Notes: generated by a model from the sequence alone, not told the origin. Shown: positions 48,611 to 61,359, counted from the first letter of the stretch. The stretch is 64,000 bases of DNA from Eutreptiella sp. 'Long Island Sound 2002' (GCA_964036045.1 OZ038378.1:168578001-168642000), one strand, 5' to 3'. Numbers and translations: made by a program.

Positions 48611-50463
48611 CACCAGGGAAGGTAGGGAGCAACATTGCAAAATTGGGTTCTTCACGGGCTGGTTTGGAAGAGGGCTGTTTGGAGGCTGATGATTGGATGC
48701 ACAGCATTGCGAATTCTGCTTATTTGCATCAAGTGCCTCACACCATCAGCATCTATGCATATCAGAGTGTACCCAAGAGCCTTTGGCAACCAACCGCAAG
48801 CAAGCGACCCGCCATGTATTCTGCACAATATGGGCCGATAAGTTTTTGGTGTGCGGTGGTGTCCACCCCATGGGGCATCACTTGGTGACAATCACCCCAG
48901 GGTGGGCGGAAAGCGTCGTCCCTTGGCGGGGGGCTAGACAAGTCCGAGGGGGGGGGGGGGGACGTAGGTGTCGAATAGGTACGAAGTGGGAAGTGTGATG
49001 TGTGGGCAGCTCCACATGTGAGGTCTACCACTCGGAGGGCTTGCCAAATTGTGCAGCAATGGGGCGCACCTGACGTGGCGCATGCGCGGTGCGGCTATTT
49101 GGTGACATGTATGGGAAAGGTTTTGTGTTGTCATTTGGATTCTTTCTCTGGCGCTGGGCACCTCTTGAATGTACTTATTTGGGATTGCGAAGGGCCACAA
49201 CAGGCCACGGGTCATTTCAAAGATTATTGAACCCCCGAAATTGGGGCCCGACTTCCCCAATTCACCCCGATTTGTTAGCCCGATTCAGTGGGTTGTAGGA
49301 TTGAACACCAGAAAAAGACATTTTATTTGCTGAAATTGTTCAGCTGACAGATGGGATACCTCAGTGTCCCACATTCTCTCATTTTGAAAAAAAAAATTGC
49401 TCACCCTCCGGTTTGTACATCGCCCTTGATCCCTGTCAGGGACCGAAGCTCAATGACCTTGTGGTCACGACAATGGACTGTAAGCTGAAGCACGCTGGTT
49501 GAAATCCCACTGAGGGCATTCTTATCACCCGCCTTAATGTGTGCAGCCTGCTGAAACACAAACCAAGCCTGCCACAACAACAAACAAGCCCTCACAGTGT
49601 CCCAATGCTCCACCTCCAGCCCCCTGAATGAAGTGTGTTTTCCTCAAATAATGCCCCCCGATTCATTGGCCCAATTCAGTGAAAAATTTTCCGCGGTTGG
49701 GGGGGGGGGGGTATGAAGCGGGTACTAGTTGTATTGTGCTCTTGATTGTGCAATAGTTATGGGAAGGACGGGGGTTTATACATTTTTTGTGGCTTTCTGA
49801 GCCATTGTGAGCCATATATCGCCTCCTCATTCCAGGGCCCTGATACGGCATGGATTATGTACCCAGATGTCACCTCGATCTGGGGACCCAATATGGCAGG
49901 GACTGCACGCGGGCAAAACGGGTGCGCTCGCCATCTGGACAAAAAAAATACACTCTGTTGAAAGCAATGCGGTCCATTGCACTCATGGACACCAGATACA
50001 AAACAGAATCGGAGGGCTTGTTATGAATGTCAGGAGATGGAGCAGGTGGAACTCTCAAAACATTCACCGAACTGGCAAGACAGTCACAGGATTGTGCTTT
50101 GGATTGCAAGCAACTGCATCACAATTAATTTTGCTTGGTTTGGGAGCCCTGGCTAATGTTATTCTACGCAACAGCCCCCCTTCATGTCCGCGCACAAGCA
50201 CACCCTTGTCGAAGTACATTGCCCCCACAATGGACGGATTCCAGATTGTTGAGGGGTGAAGACCATCGTCAGATTATGGCAAAGTGCAGCGACCCTGTGT
50301 TACCCTCGTTCTTCTTTTTTCGTTCTTCTGGGATCTGGGCCCTGCTTGCACAAGGGGGAGGGAGAGTAAGATGGACTGTACGACAGGTGCAGTCCATCAA
50401 GACATTTAATCAGGACCCCTCTTCAGCAGCCATTCCTGCACATCCGTGTTTCTTGCGAAGGTG

Positions 50464-50742
50464 ATGGCTGCGCCGCAAGTACCCAATCGGTACTTATGCC
50501 CCATCACGCAAGAAGTCATGCAGGAGCCGATGATGGACCGCGAGGGGCACAATTTTGAGAGGACGGCCATTGAGAGCTGGCTCTCGCGAAGCCGCGAGTG
50601 CCCCATCGGGCGGGAACCGCTGACTGTGGACCAGCTGTTCAAGAACCGGGCCCTCCAAGAGGAGATTGAGGAATGGCGTCGTGGAGTGGCAGGGCCTATT
50701 TATCATGCCAATGATGGAATGGCGACCATGACTCCACCTCAG
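50464..50742 (+). CDS. U-box + 4 EF-hand protein, exon 1 (U-box)
   Basis: VPNRYLCPITQEVMQEPMMDREGHNFERTAIESWLSRSRECPIGREPLTVDQLFKNRALQEEIEEW, then CAG|gttctg donor. Confidence 0.92.
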
Positions 50743-51489
50743 GTTCTGTGCGGCCCTATGCTGTGGCCCCTGTTTGTGTGCCGCTCCGTGCGCCCCCCCC
50801 CCCCCCCCCTACGCAAGTCCCAGCCCCTGCTCGAATGGCACTTTTTCTGGCGCTGTTTGTGTTTCACAGAATTGCCCTCAGTTCTCATCATGTCCTCTGA
50901 TTTCACAGTACGCATGATGGAGAACGCATTGTGTTGGACTGGCTCACTGTTTGGTCGCTAAACGGTGCTTTGGGGGGGGGGGGGGGGCGCCGTTTGACTA
51001 AGGGACGGTCGTTGGACAGGGCCATGGACGGTTTTGCAGTTCTGCAACGCATAAAACTTTCTTTTGGCACATTGTGCCGGACGTGTGCTACCCTCCTCCT
51101 GACACAACAGCAATACAGAACTCCAACGAAGCCGCCGAAATGTTTCATCTGAGCACCGACAAAACACAACTTCACCGGCAGTGGGCAGTGGATTTACTGG
51201 GATACAAAAGGAGGGACCTACAGCGCAGGCGAGCCACAAGCAATGCCAGGCAGAACAGCTGTGACTTGTGAGTGATGAGAGATCGGCGCATGATGAGAGA
51301 CAAGGGCATGAAGGGGAATCACGGAAGTTCCCATTGAGTCTGCGTGCGTCGGTACGGACCCACTGTCCACCAGGCACAAAGGCAGACAGGCAGCACACAA
51401 AACCAAACAGGTCTTTGCACAAGGGGCGGGGGGGTTTACCGCGCTCTGCTCCTCTGCTCCTCTGCTCCTCTGCTCCTCTTCCTTCGCAG

Positions 51490-51900
51490 GCCGCCAGCGG
51501 CTCTATGGCAACGGCTGTCCATCCAGACAAGCCTTGGGTCCAGTACAAGATCTCCCAGGAAGAGTACGATCACGTGATGTGCACGTTCATGACCTTCGAT
51601 ACGGACATGAGCGGCGAACTGGACAAGAGTGAGTTGGCGCGGATGTGCAAGTGGCTGAACTACCCGCACTCACCCGCGGACATCGACGCCATGTTCCGTG
51701 CCATGGACTCCGACGGGTCGGGCACCCTCGATCTGCACGAGTTCGTCACGTACATGCAGGACCACCGCCCAACGCCGGAGCTGGAGTACGGGATTTCGCA
51801 CAGAAAGTACCAGGAAGTGCTGATGCAGTTCCACCACTACGACGCGGACGACAGCGGCGAGCTCGACCGCGAGGAGCTGGCGCAGTTGTGCCAGGCCCAG
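51490..51900 (+). CDS. U-box + 4 EF-hand protein, exon 2 (EF1-EF3)
   Basis: Pyrimidine tract + cgcag acceptor. Loops DTDMSGELDKSE, DSDGSGTLDLHE and DADDSGELDREE. CAG|gtgacc donor. Confidence 0.92.
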
Positions 51901-52865
51901 GTGACCCTCTGACCCTATGCCGGCGCTTCCGACACCGTCAGTCAGTGCCAGGGCTGGCGCGCATTGATTGGGGGTCCCCCTTCCCAATCCGTTGCACACT
52001 GCACCCACAGCACCACACGATGGTGTACAGCATGCAGCCCTCGTACAGGGCTCGGCACGGCAGGAATGGCTACGGCCAAGCTCCCTCTGAGCAAACATAA
52101 TCAGCGTCAGCACGGGTCGGCACAGAGTCGGCACGGGGGACGCCCAGCCAAAGTCCCCGTCAGGGATGCACAGGCAGGACCAAGCGTCTCCAAGCGGGGA
52201 CCGTCATGGGGGTTGGCGGATGCCATCTTCTCACGGAGCCGCGGGCTGTGTGGAAGCACCTCATGAGGCTACGGGCCTATGGCGAGGGACGCTGGGCGCA
52301 GAGGCAAAGGGCGAAGGGCCTCGAGGGGCGCCTGGTGGAACGGCGGGGCCTTGCGGGAACGGAATGGCTCCTTGACGTCTCCCTCAAAGAGGCTCTGGAC
52401 GTAGGCGAGGGGACAGCTGCTGGGGGGCACCTTTTTCAGTCACTTGACACGGCGGTGAAGACATGGGAGCCCTCCACCGTGCCAACTGGCCCTTAGAGCA
52501 ACGCAGGTCTTCCTCTGTAATATGCCCCCCCGCCCCCCCTCACGCACAGGATCCCCGGCTAACTCAACCGGGCTGCACTAATGGGGAGCGACCCGACCCG
52601 AGGACGCCAGTGTGGCCATACAGGCTCAACCGGGAAGACCTGGTAAAAATGGTAGTACCCCCCCCCCCCCACACACACACATCGGCGGAAGCACCGGGAC
52701 ACGGACTGTGTGTGAACACCGGCTGGAATTGTCTGTGGCGGGGACTTCCAGTTCAGCCGACGGACCATTGGATGCCCCACACCCACGACAACGCAGGCCG
52801 CAGGGGGCCCCTCCCGGAGTGCCCAAGACCAAAGCTCCTTCAAACGCTTTCCTTCCTTCCCCCAG

Positions 52866-53243
52866 GGGTACCCGAGCAGCCGGCACGACATTGAGCTGAT
52901 GTTCCGTGCCATGGACACAGACATGAACGGGGCCCTGGACCTGCACGAGTTCCTCATGTACATGAAACACTACAACGCGCGGTCCGGGACTGTGCAGGGC
53001 CCTCCCGAGCCCGTGGCCACCCTTCGGCCCACGTCGCCTTCGGCACCTCCGCGACGGACCTCTCCTCCGCGACGGAACTCTCCTCCCCCGGCCTATCACC
53101 ATCCGCCTCCCCCGAGTCACGCCCCCACCGGGAGTCGCACGCCTCCCCACAGGCGGTCGACGAGCCCCCCCGAGAGACAGTCGTCGCGGAGCTCTGGGTC
53201 CATGAAGAGACTTGGCTCAAGGCTGGGGTCCATGTTCAAGTGA
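52866..53243 (+). CDS. U-box + 4 EF-hand protein, exon 3 (EF4, Pro/Ser/Arg tail)
   Basis: ccccag acceptor, GYPSSRHDIELMFRAMDTDMNGALDLHEF, stop TGA at 53241-53243. Confidence 0.9.
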   Translation, partial: GYPSSRHDIELMFRAMDTDMNGALDLHEFLMYMKHYNARSGTVQGPPEPVATLRPTSPSAPPRRTSPPRRNSPPPAYHHPPPPSHAPTGSRTPPHRRSTSPPERQSSRSSGSMKRLGSRLGSMFK

Positions 53244-54109
53244 GCCCGCGGGCGCGTGCGCTGTGCGGACGGTCAGATCGTGATCCAGCCGCCGTTGATG
53301 GCCTGCGGTGAGCGCTGTGCTGTGTGGCTCTGGACAAGGGGTGTTTGGGGACAGGTTTGAGGGAGGCAGAGTGCAGACCCGTGTCTGCAGACTGACTGTC
53401 AGGAAGCCTCACGTACCACCCACCATTCACCCATTGGCTCGCTCACTCACCCCCGCACGCACCCACGCACGCACGCACGCACGCATTCCCCCGGCCCATC
53501 CACGAGGGAACGAATGGTACGGTCCCTGTGTGCCCCCTCCGCCTTGTCCAGGGCACCCGCCCCTTTCCCACTCGTTCGTTGCTCCCTTCCGAGCACCGGT
53601 ACGAAGCAACGGCGGATGGTGCGAAGCCCCTCGTGCATGTCGTCAGTCATTTTTGCGTCCGCAGTTCGGGGTGCTCTCCATGGCGCTGGTCGCCAGACAG
53701 AACTGCCGACGGCTCTGACCGAAAGCTGGCCCACGGTGCCTGCGAAGCTCCAGTACACACACAACACAATAGTTATGTGCATCGCTGGTGGCCCAAAGCA
53801 TGTTGTGCCAGTGGCCTGTTTGGTCCGTTCTCCACTCCGACAAAAGCTTCACACAGACAACGCCTTTCTCCCACCCCCTCGGGTCGACACATCTTTGGGA
53901 GGTTCCATGGTGCAGCGCACGGCGGGGGGGGCAGCCCGCACCACGAGGGAATGCGACCGAGGACAGCATTGAGTCTTTAGCCGTCGTCCCTCTAATCGTC
54001 GTACCCACGGCCTTTGCCTTGGCACAACAGGACCAGCGTGGACAGTCTCGTCCGTTTCTCTGGACCATAGTTTACTTGTGACATGCCCTTTTAAGCCTGA
54101 ACCTGCCTG

Positions 54110-54110
<1 letters not shown>

Positions 54111-54174
<64 letters not shown>
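54111..54174. repeat. (CT)n microsatellite
   Basis: Direct reading. Confidence 0.98.
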
Positions 54175-54176
<2 letters not shown>

Positions 54177-57100
54177 TCTGACCCCCCCCCCACACACACA
54201 CACTCTTCCCGCCTGGTCGAGGAGCGGTGGTCAACTGAAGGGCGATCCCCAGGCCGATACGTACTCCCAGAGTCTTTCAGTCATGATGTACTTTATATTT
54301 ATCCCATTCAAACCCATCCCATTGCAGCCCAGGCCTCAGTGCAAGCAGCATCTGCCACAGCGTGAGGCGGAGAACAGCAAGCAAGCCACAGCAAACACGT
54401 TGGCATCGAGCGCAGTCACGACCCCATGGTCAGCCACACACCGCAGTACATGGGGACTGTACGGGCCCCTTTTCAACAGTTTGGGTTAAACTGTGTTAAA
54501 CTGGTCCCGAGTAGCGTGCTGTGTACTGCATTTTTCAACGGGTTGCGATGTATTGGTGGTAGGGTTTGCAGTTTTCCCAAACTTGGCATGCAAATGGCCC
54601 CAAGTGGCGCCGTAGTATGCATTGCTGCTGGGCACAGTCTGCATGCTGCTCGGAATTGCGATTTTTAACAAATTTGGGCGTGAAGGGCCGAACTGCGCAC
54701 ACCATAGTGTGCGTTGGTGGTGGGGATTGCATCTTCATCAGCCTCGGTTGCGAATTGCCTGCAAGTTGCACATTGTGGTGTGCAGTCTGCAATGCACCGC
54801 AATTTTCTGTTTTTACGTGTTGTACTATGTCGCATTTCACTCTTCGTCCGTCGCCTCTGTGCTACACCTTGGGCCATTTGCATCCCACGGTTTTTGAACA
54901 CGGCAAAGTCCTCCAGCGCTGTATGGGCAACCGCCGACCTCTATTCTTGCCTTCGCACTGGCCGTACACGTCTAACCACATGGCACATTGAACCCGTATC
55001 CTCTCATGTCTACCCACACCCATGCCTGGGGATCCACTTCTAAGGTCCCTGTACCCAACCCAGGGGTATCCAAACCGATGCTCTACTTGTTGGGTCGCGA
55101 TGATTCAAATACCGGGCTGCTAACCTGAGGTCATCGTGTGTTGCTTTCTTGGTCCTTTTTGGATGGTTAGGGGGAACCCACATGAATTTTGTCGCAAGTG
55201 CAGTAGGTAGAAAGTGCAGCACGCTTAGTAAATGCAGCATATGTGTATATGTATGGCATAAGTGGTCAATCCCCCCCCGGCCAGGGTTCGGTCGGGGTCA
55301 GGGGCCCCTACCCCCTATTTTACGGTCGGGAATGTCAAAGTAAGTTTCGGATCCATCTGAGACGGTGGTGGGTCGCTATGACACTTCCAAGTAGCTAATA
55401 ATAGGGTGTTCTTACCGAGTGACATCATCACCCATCACCAAAAATAGCCTCAAAATCTAAAACTGGCACTCTCTGCCTCACAAAACCAACCAACGCCCCA
55501 ACCAATTGCCGTCAATGCCTTCCACCAGATCTATGCCTCACCTTTTTGCCCCACTAGGGGCAGGGGAGTGGTAGCCTACACCCCACCGTACCATTTTTGT
55601 GGCCAACCTTGCATATTTTGCTATTTTGGTGATGTCATGGGTGACCCCATTTTTGGTGATGGCATGCCCTATTTTCAGCCCTACCCACACCTTTGTGACC
55701 TCAAATGCTCCACCCCAAGCATCTGAGGCCCCTTGGGGATGAATTTGCACACATTATTGAAGGGGATAGGGTTAGGGCTGCGAGTTAATCACCTCCGAGC
55801 ATTGCGAGGGCGAGGGGCCACTGATAATATGACCTCTAAAGCCCATGGAGTGCCAGATTCAAAGAGGGTTGGCCGGGGCAATCAAAGTGATTTGACCACA
55901 GACTGAAATGTTGGAGGGCCAGCACCTCCCTTTTCGTATTCTTTCGCAGGCTGCGTTGTGTATGAGTTTCTGGTTTAAGGGCAGCGACCCTCGCCGACCC
56001 CGAAATGTGTTTGTTACGACTTTGACTCACTGCCTGTGGCCGGAGTACAGGGTACACAATATCAAACTCATTTGGAAGCAGACGCTTTTCTATGCACTGA
56101 CGGAGCCTGTCTGCTCTGTTTACCACTTTGGGGCGTACTCCCACCAAAACATATTGATTGCCCACCTTCGCATGCGAAGGTGGCTCCTGCATTCGCTGCT
56201 GCTGCCACCATCTTGGGCCGTCACTGCGGCAAAGGGACAAGAATCAAGTCACGCATGCACTGAACGGCCGCGAAGCAAACGCAATTTTCTTCTTCGGGTT
56301 GGGGGCCAGGCATTTGGCGATTCCAGCGAAGTAGAGACTGCACATGTGCACCGGAGGCAATACGAATCATGGTCCTCTGCCACATGCCACGCCATATTGA
56401 TTCGGCCTGGAGAACGTTCTGCACCGGCATCGTAGATGTCAGGAACACTCGGTGCATTGCTGATTGATAAGGTTTGAGAATTTACTATTTTTGCACGTGT
56501 TGCCAGCCCCGCCCCCTCTGTGTTTTGCAAGGGCAGGGGCAAGGGTCAGCGCCAGCGCCAACGGGTGAGGCAGGGGCCGGCAGCATCCCTCGGAGGGCTG
56601 ACGCTGGGCGGCAGTGGGCTTGTGTGGGCTGGAGGGCACATGTCAGCCAAGCCCACGAGCCCAGGCGGCAGGCACGGTGCGCTCAGGCAGTCCAGCCGGT
56701 AGGGCACCGTTCCGCAACGGGGATGCCTTCGCACGCAGTGCAAAGTTGTTGCACTACCAGAACTACTGGTTTTCCTGTTTCAAGCCACACTCTGCACTGG
56801 GCATACACCGGTATCATGGGTTGAGGGCAAAGGAGGATGCCTCCCCAGAAGATGACGACCACAATGAACTGTGTTGTGGTTTGTTTGTTTTTTGCTCCGA
56901 GGGCGTCGTGGTGTCCATGGGTACACGATGTGCGTTCCAGCGACAGTTGTCGCCAAAGCTCCCCAGGGGATGGGGGGGAGCAGGTATTGCCACGGCGCAG
57001 CACACGGGGGGATCACAGCTCAGGCCCTTTGGAGGGGCACAGGGCTCAGGACCTCTGCGAACCTCTAATACGAACCTTTCCCTCAGTACAACAGCGGTGT

Positions 57101-57674
57101 GCATAGTGATAGGCCGGTGTTCTGTGCCCAGCCCTAACCCCGGCATTTTGGTTGCAGTTTCGGTGGGGGAGGGGGGGGGCTAATGGGCGGCAGGGGCAGA
57201 GGGTGTTGCATTGCACACGGCATTTCTGACGCACGGCGTTTGTACATGTGTGCGCCCTTTGTCCAAGGTACGGAGCGCGGAATGACAAGCTTGACAGGCA
57301 CATTGCACTCGTCCCAGGGGGTGACGACCAGCATCCCTCGTATGGCCGAGATACAGTAGCCGTATGCACCGTGTGTATTCGGTTCCTAACGAGCCGCGAC
57401 AGCTGTGCCAACCCAAGAGGCGCGCGCGCTCTCTACTGCGCCACCACATCCCACGCAGCCCGTCGCTGGGTGTGTGCAGTGTGCCCGTTGCACAGCTCTG
57501 CCAGTGTCACATGCTCTTAGGCTACTCCATTTTTGTTTTTTGCGCGTTGACAATGGGCTTTGGTATGGCTGGCCCTGTGGGCATGTCCCGCGTTCCTTTT
57601 TCGCGCTGCTCCGTCTGTGGGACAGGGGCAGGGGATGCTGAGACTAAGGACCCAGAGGATACTGCTGATGCGCC

Positions 57675-57750
57675 AGAGAGAGCGAGAGTGAGAGAGAGTG
57701 AGAGAGAAAGAGGGAGAGCGAGCGCGCGCGCGCGCGAGAGAGAGAGAGGG
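57675..57750. repeat. Interrupted (GA)n/(GC)n microsatellite
   Basis: Direct reading. Confidence 0.9.
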
Positions 57751-58249
57751 AGGAACGGGGGGGGGGGGGGGCGGGAGAGAACGAGAGCAGCAAGAGGGAG
57801 GAGAGCTGCAGCTTCTGGTTTGACTGGGTTCAGCAATATGCGGCTGGGCCATTCGCTGCCGCCATTCGCATTGCAGCAGAGGGACATGAACAGCCGTCCA
57901 ACATGGCGCTTTGCCCACCACTTTGTGCGAGGGCAAAGCTCAGCACCAGAAGTTGGACATGAATATATGGTTTGCTGCTGCATGCAGTTGAACCCAATTG
58001 GACGCACGGCCCTTTACGCTCCAGTGGAACGAGGGCGACCCAACCATTATGGCTTGCACACAAACCGCCACCTTGTTCTAGCCCCACCTGACCGTCGCCG
58101 TGCAACGTGCGCGGGCACACCCATCTGCCCAGCAAGCTCGCCGTCCAGGCCATGGGGGGTTCGGTTCAATCTCTCAATTCCGCCCCCTGAACCTCTTACC
58201 CCCCCCCCCTTTGAGAACAAGGCCCTTCTCAGAACAACACGACGTGTTG

Positions 58250-59165
58250 CATCCGCAATTTTTGGATAGGCCGCACACGTGGCGTCAAGGGAGGGGTGGG
58301 CAGGACCACGGCCCCCAGGAGGGGGGCCAGACAGACCCCCCGCGGCAAGGGTGCTGCTCTCCATGGGCATCGCCAGGGGTGCTCTGTACGCCACCCCGTC
58401 GGCGGCACAGGGGAGGGAGAACCCCCCCCCCCCCCCCAATCGAGGGGCGACGCCATCGCCAGGCCCAGGGGATGGGCACCGAAGGGCATCCTGCGAGCAA
58501 ACCTGAGCCATTGGGGCGGGCCCTTCCCCCCTGCCGCGTGCACTAAGGGGAAGGCATGGGGAGGTGGCACGTGGGTACAGCCTGCTCCTGCCTGTACGCT
58601 GCCCTCTGTATTCTCAGCGCGCAGGACCTTAATGGTCTGACCTGCTTCCGCACCTTTTGGGACCCCCCCTGCGCCGACCCCTGGGGAACGGGGGGGGGGG
58701 GGGGGCGACCAGACCAGGCCTCAGGACAGGTCGACGCCTAGAACGGCGCCCGGCACGGGCACAGTGGCAGCCTCGAGTACTGCGGTGCCGCCGAGGCGAG
58801 GGGCGGCAAGGGGCCCATTTGCACTGGGCATCACCGGGGCGGGACACCAACCGGGGGGCCAGCCCAGGGCCAGACCTCACCGCACGAGGGAGGGCACACC
58901 GGCCCCGGCACGGGCCTCGGAAGGGCCAGCGGGGAGGAGACCTAAGCCTTTGGCGAGGGTCCTTCCCTTGCGGCGTGTACACAAGTAGGGGGGGGTAGGG
59001 AGGTGGCACGGCGGCCCGGCCCCGTCCTGCCCCTGAGCTAACCCTCGCATGCACAGCGTGCAGGACCTTTATCGGCTGCTTCCGCACCCTTTGCAGCGCT
59101 GACCCCTACACGCACAGCGTGCAGGACCTAAATACGCTGACCTGCTTCGGCACCCTTTGGAGCGA
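58250..59165. repeat. GC-rich repeat with 3 copies of gcacagcgtgcaggacct...ctgcttccgcaccctttg, related to 12380-16856
   Basis: Copies near 58615, 59052 and 59113. They resemble gcacagcgtccgggactttaatcggc at ~16805. Confidence 0.7.
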
Positions 59166-59962
59166 TGGGATTTGGTGGTGCCATTTCCTGGTTGTCCATG
59201 AAGACCAAGTGTTTTCTGTGGTTTGGGGCTGGGGATGGTACTTGCGGGCATGCGGATTGCTGTCTCGCTACTCGTTGTCACATGTGTGTGGCCCAGGCAT
59301 GCAGGTCCTCAAACATGCACCGGGCACTGAGGTGGTGCCACCTGGTATCTTCTCAGGGTGCACGTGAACGCCGCCCTTCAGCCATTGTTCTCCCAAGGTG
59401 GGGGGGTGCTAGGGCATACGCAGGGGTAGAGAAGGAATGCAGTTTGAGTTGAACTTTGAGTCCCTTTTCCACTTCAGGACTTTTTCCTTTGTCAGCCACA
59501 CCTTTAGGCTGTCATTTTAGCCAACGAGCCTCAAATCCACTTAATAAGTGTTGGTGGTTCTGACCTTAGTTCAGGTCCAAAAAGATGCTCTGTGGTTAGA
59601 ACATCCATGCCACACGGCCATGGCGAAATGGGAAGGCCTAGCCATTGGTATCCTGCGCTTAAAGCTGTGGTCCTGCAGAAAGAAGACGTGATGACACCAT
59701 GTCCAGGCTGTTGGCATTTCGGTACGCCTCCAACACCCTGTCTGTGTCACTTCCAAGGGCTGGAGATGGCATGCAATGCCTGCCAAGTTAAGGCATCAGC
59801 AACACATGGGACAATAAGCCCTCAAAAGTTGTTTCCTTGAGGTGGCAAATGAGGGGATGAAGGGAGTGTTGCAGCACCAGGGCAGTGCCTCCTCCACTAT
59901 AGGTTGAAGGATAGACTGGGAGCTTAACTTAAGTCGTTTAATCCTTTTTTTATTTCGGGAAG

Positions 59963-60314
59963 GGGGGGCCGCACAGAAACACAGCGAGGCAGGCTATGGA
60001 CGGCCTGTGGACAGAGGTGTGTGGACAGCAAAAACAGTCAAACGACCCCGGCAACAACCAGCACATCCTCAATACGCCAATTATTGGGCGCTGCTGACAC
60101 ACAAACGGCACACCATGCCACATTCAGCACAGTCCCAATACACCAACTACTGGGCTCCGCGAACGCGGAAACGACACCAGCAAGAGCACCGGCCGCAACG
60201 GCCGACAGAAAGCAGCGACCCGACGCAACATGCGAAGGGAAGAACGGGTGACCGTCCAGGGCCCCGTAAAGGAGCAACAACCAGACGGAATGTCACACAG
60301 GGGGGGGGGGGGGG
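59963..60314 (+). mobile_element. ~350-bp non-coding interspersed repeat flanked by G runs
   Basis: Begins after G7 and ends ...tgtcacaca + long G run. Has an internal duplicated 22-mer (caatacgccaattattgggcgc / caatacaccaactactgggctc). A second partial copy is at 28104. Confidence 0.7.
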
Positions 60315-61209
60315 GTGAAGACAGTCGCTTGTCTTGGATATCATGCGGGGGTTTGCGCAATTCCTTGCTTTTGAAAACTGCTTCACTGCGTGTATATCTG
60401 GGGGGGGGGGGGAGGTTGAAAACGTATGTTGTATTATTTGTGGCACAAACAGCCGTCGATTCCACGCATGATAGTGATTTGGGCCCATCTCCTTCGGGTT
60501 TCAAGGTTATGTTTCAAGGTCCTCATCCACAACGACTGCATCTCTCACCTGTCAGAGGGGGGGTTGACACATGCGATCCAAATTTGAAGACAGCAGCCGG
60601 TACTGGAGGAGATCATACGGGGCAGGTAGTGTTGTTGAATGTGCTCCACGTGTGATGATTTCAGTCTCTGTATCTAATCCAGCCCCACTGGGTCTTGGAA
60701 GACTAGCCGGGTGGATAATTTTGGTGTTTCTGCTTCAGTTTGGCTGTAGTCTGCTGCGTTGTTGTGTGTACACTGTTAGGGGCGTTGCAAGATTTGCAGA
60801 GGTTTGCTGGAGTGTCTGTGTGCCGGGGCTGTGGTACAAATTGATTGCACAGCATGCAGCACCATCCACTGTGTCAATCATTGCAAAAAGCCGGGGGCTG
60901 GGGGCGAGAGCCAAATTAGAACAACGTCGTTCAATTTCAGAAAATGCGCACACGTGTTCTGTACCATGAAAATAGTCAGGAGCCACGTGCTGAGTGTTAT
61001 AGCAGCAACCAATGGAATCTTGTTCATGCTCTGCAGAAAGTGCAAAGTTTTGTACCCTGCCCCTCCCTTGTCCAGCTCCCCACCCCCTTGTCCATCTCCC
61101 CCCCCCCGGGGGGGGGGGGGGTCAGCCGCTAGTCCCCCCCAAAAGAACATGTCAGTTTCATATTGCACTGGACTGCAACTGTGAGACGTCATCGTCAGAG
61201 CTCATGTGC

Positions 61210-61359
61210 ATGTTCCCTCAGGGCTCTGTTGTGCGCTACATCTGTTCTACAAAGGAGCCTGTGCTGGCTGTTGTGCAAGGCCCTTTGCCCAACGGTGAAC
61301 AGCACAGAAGCACTGTGTACAAACGTGGTGCCGCTGAAATTGTGCATGACCACGCTGCG
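61210..61359 (+). pseudogene. Third diverged Tudor-like module (MFPQGSVVRYICSTKEPVLAVVQGP...VYKRGAAEIVHDHAA)
   Basis: Same spacing of F..G..V.Y..S....V.A.V.G as the modules at 23270 and 22697. Confidence 0.4.

Noticed and set aside
9267-52865. Euglenid non-conventional introns in the assembled genes
   Set aside because: All nine have GT-AG ends and pyrimidine tracts, with no end-to-end pairing seen.
57364-58269. 301-aa ORF and the VCVC/THTH ORFs at 2.3-3.0, 12.2 and 16.7 kb
   Set aside because: Produced by dinucleotide microsatellites and G runs.
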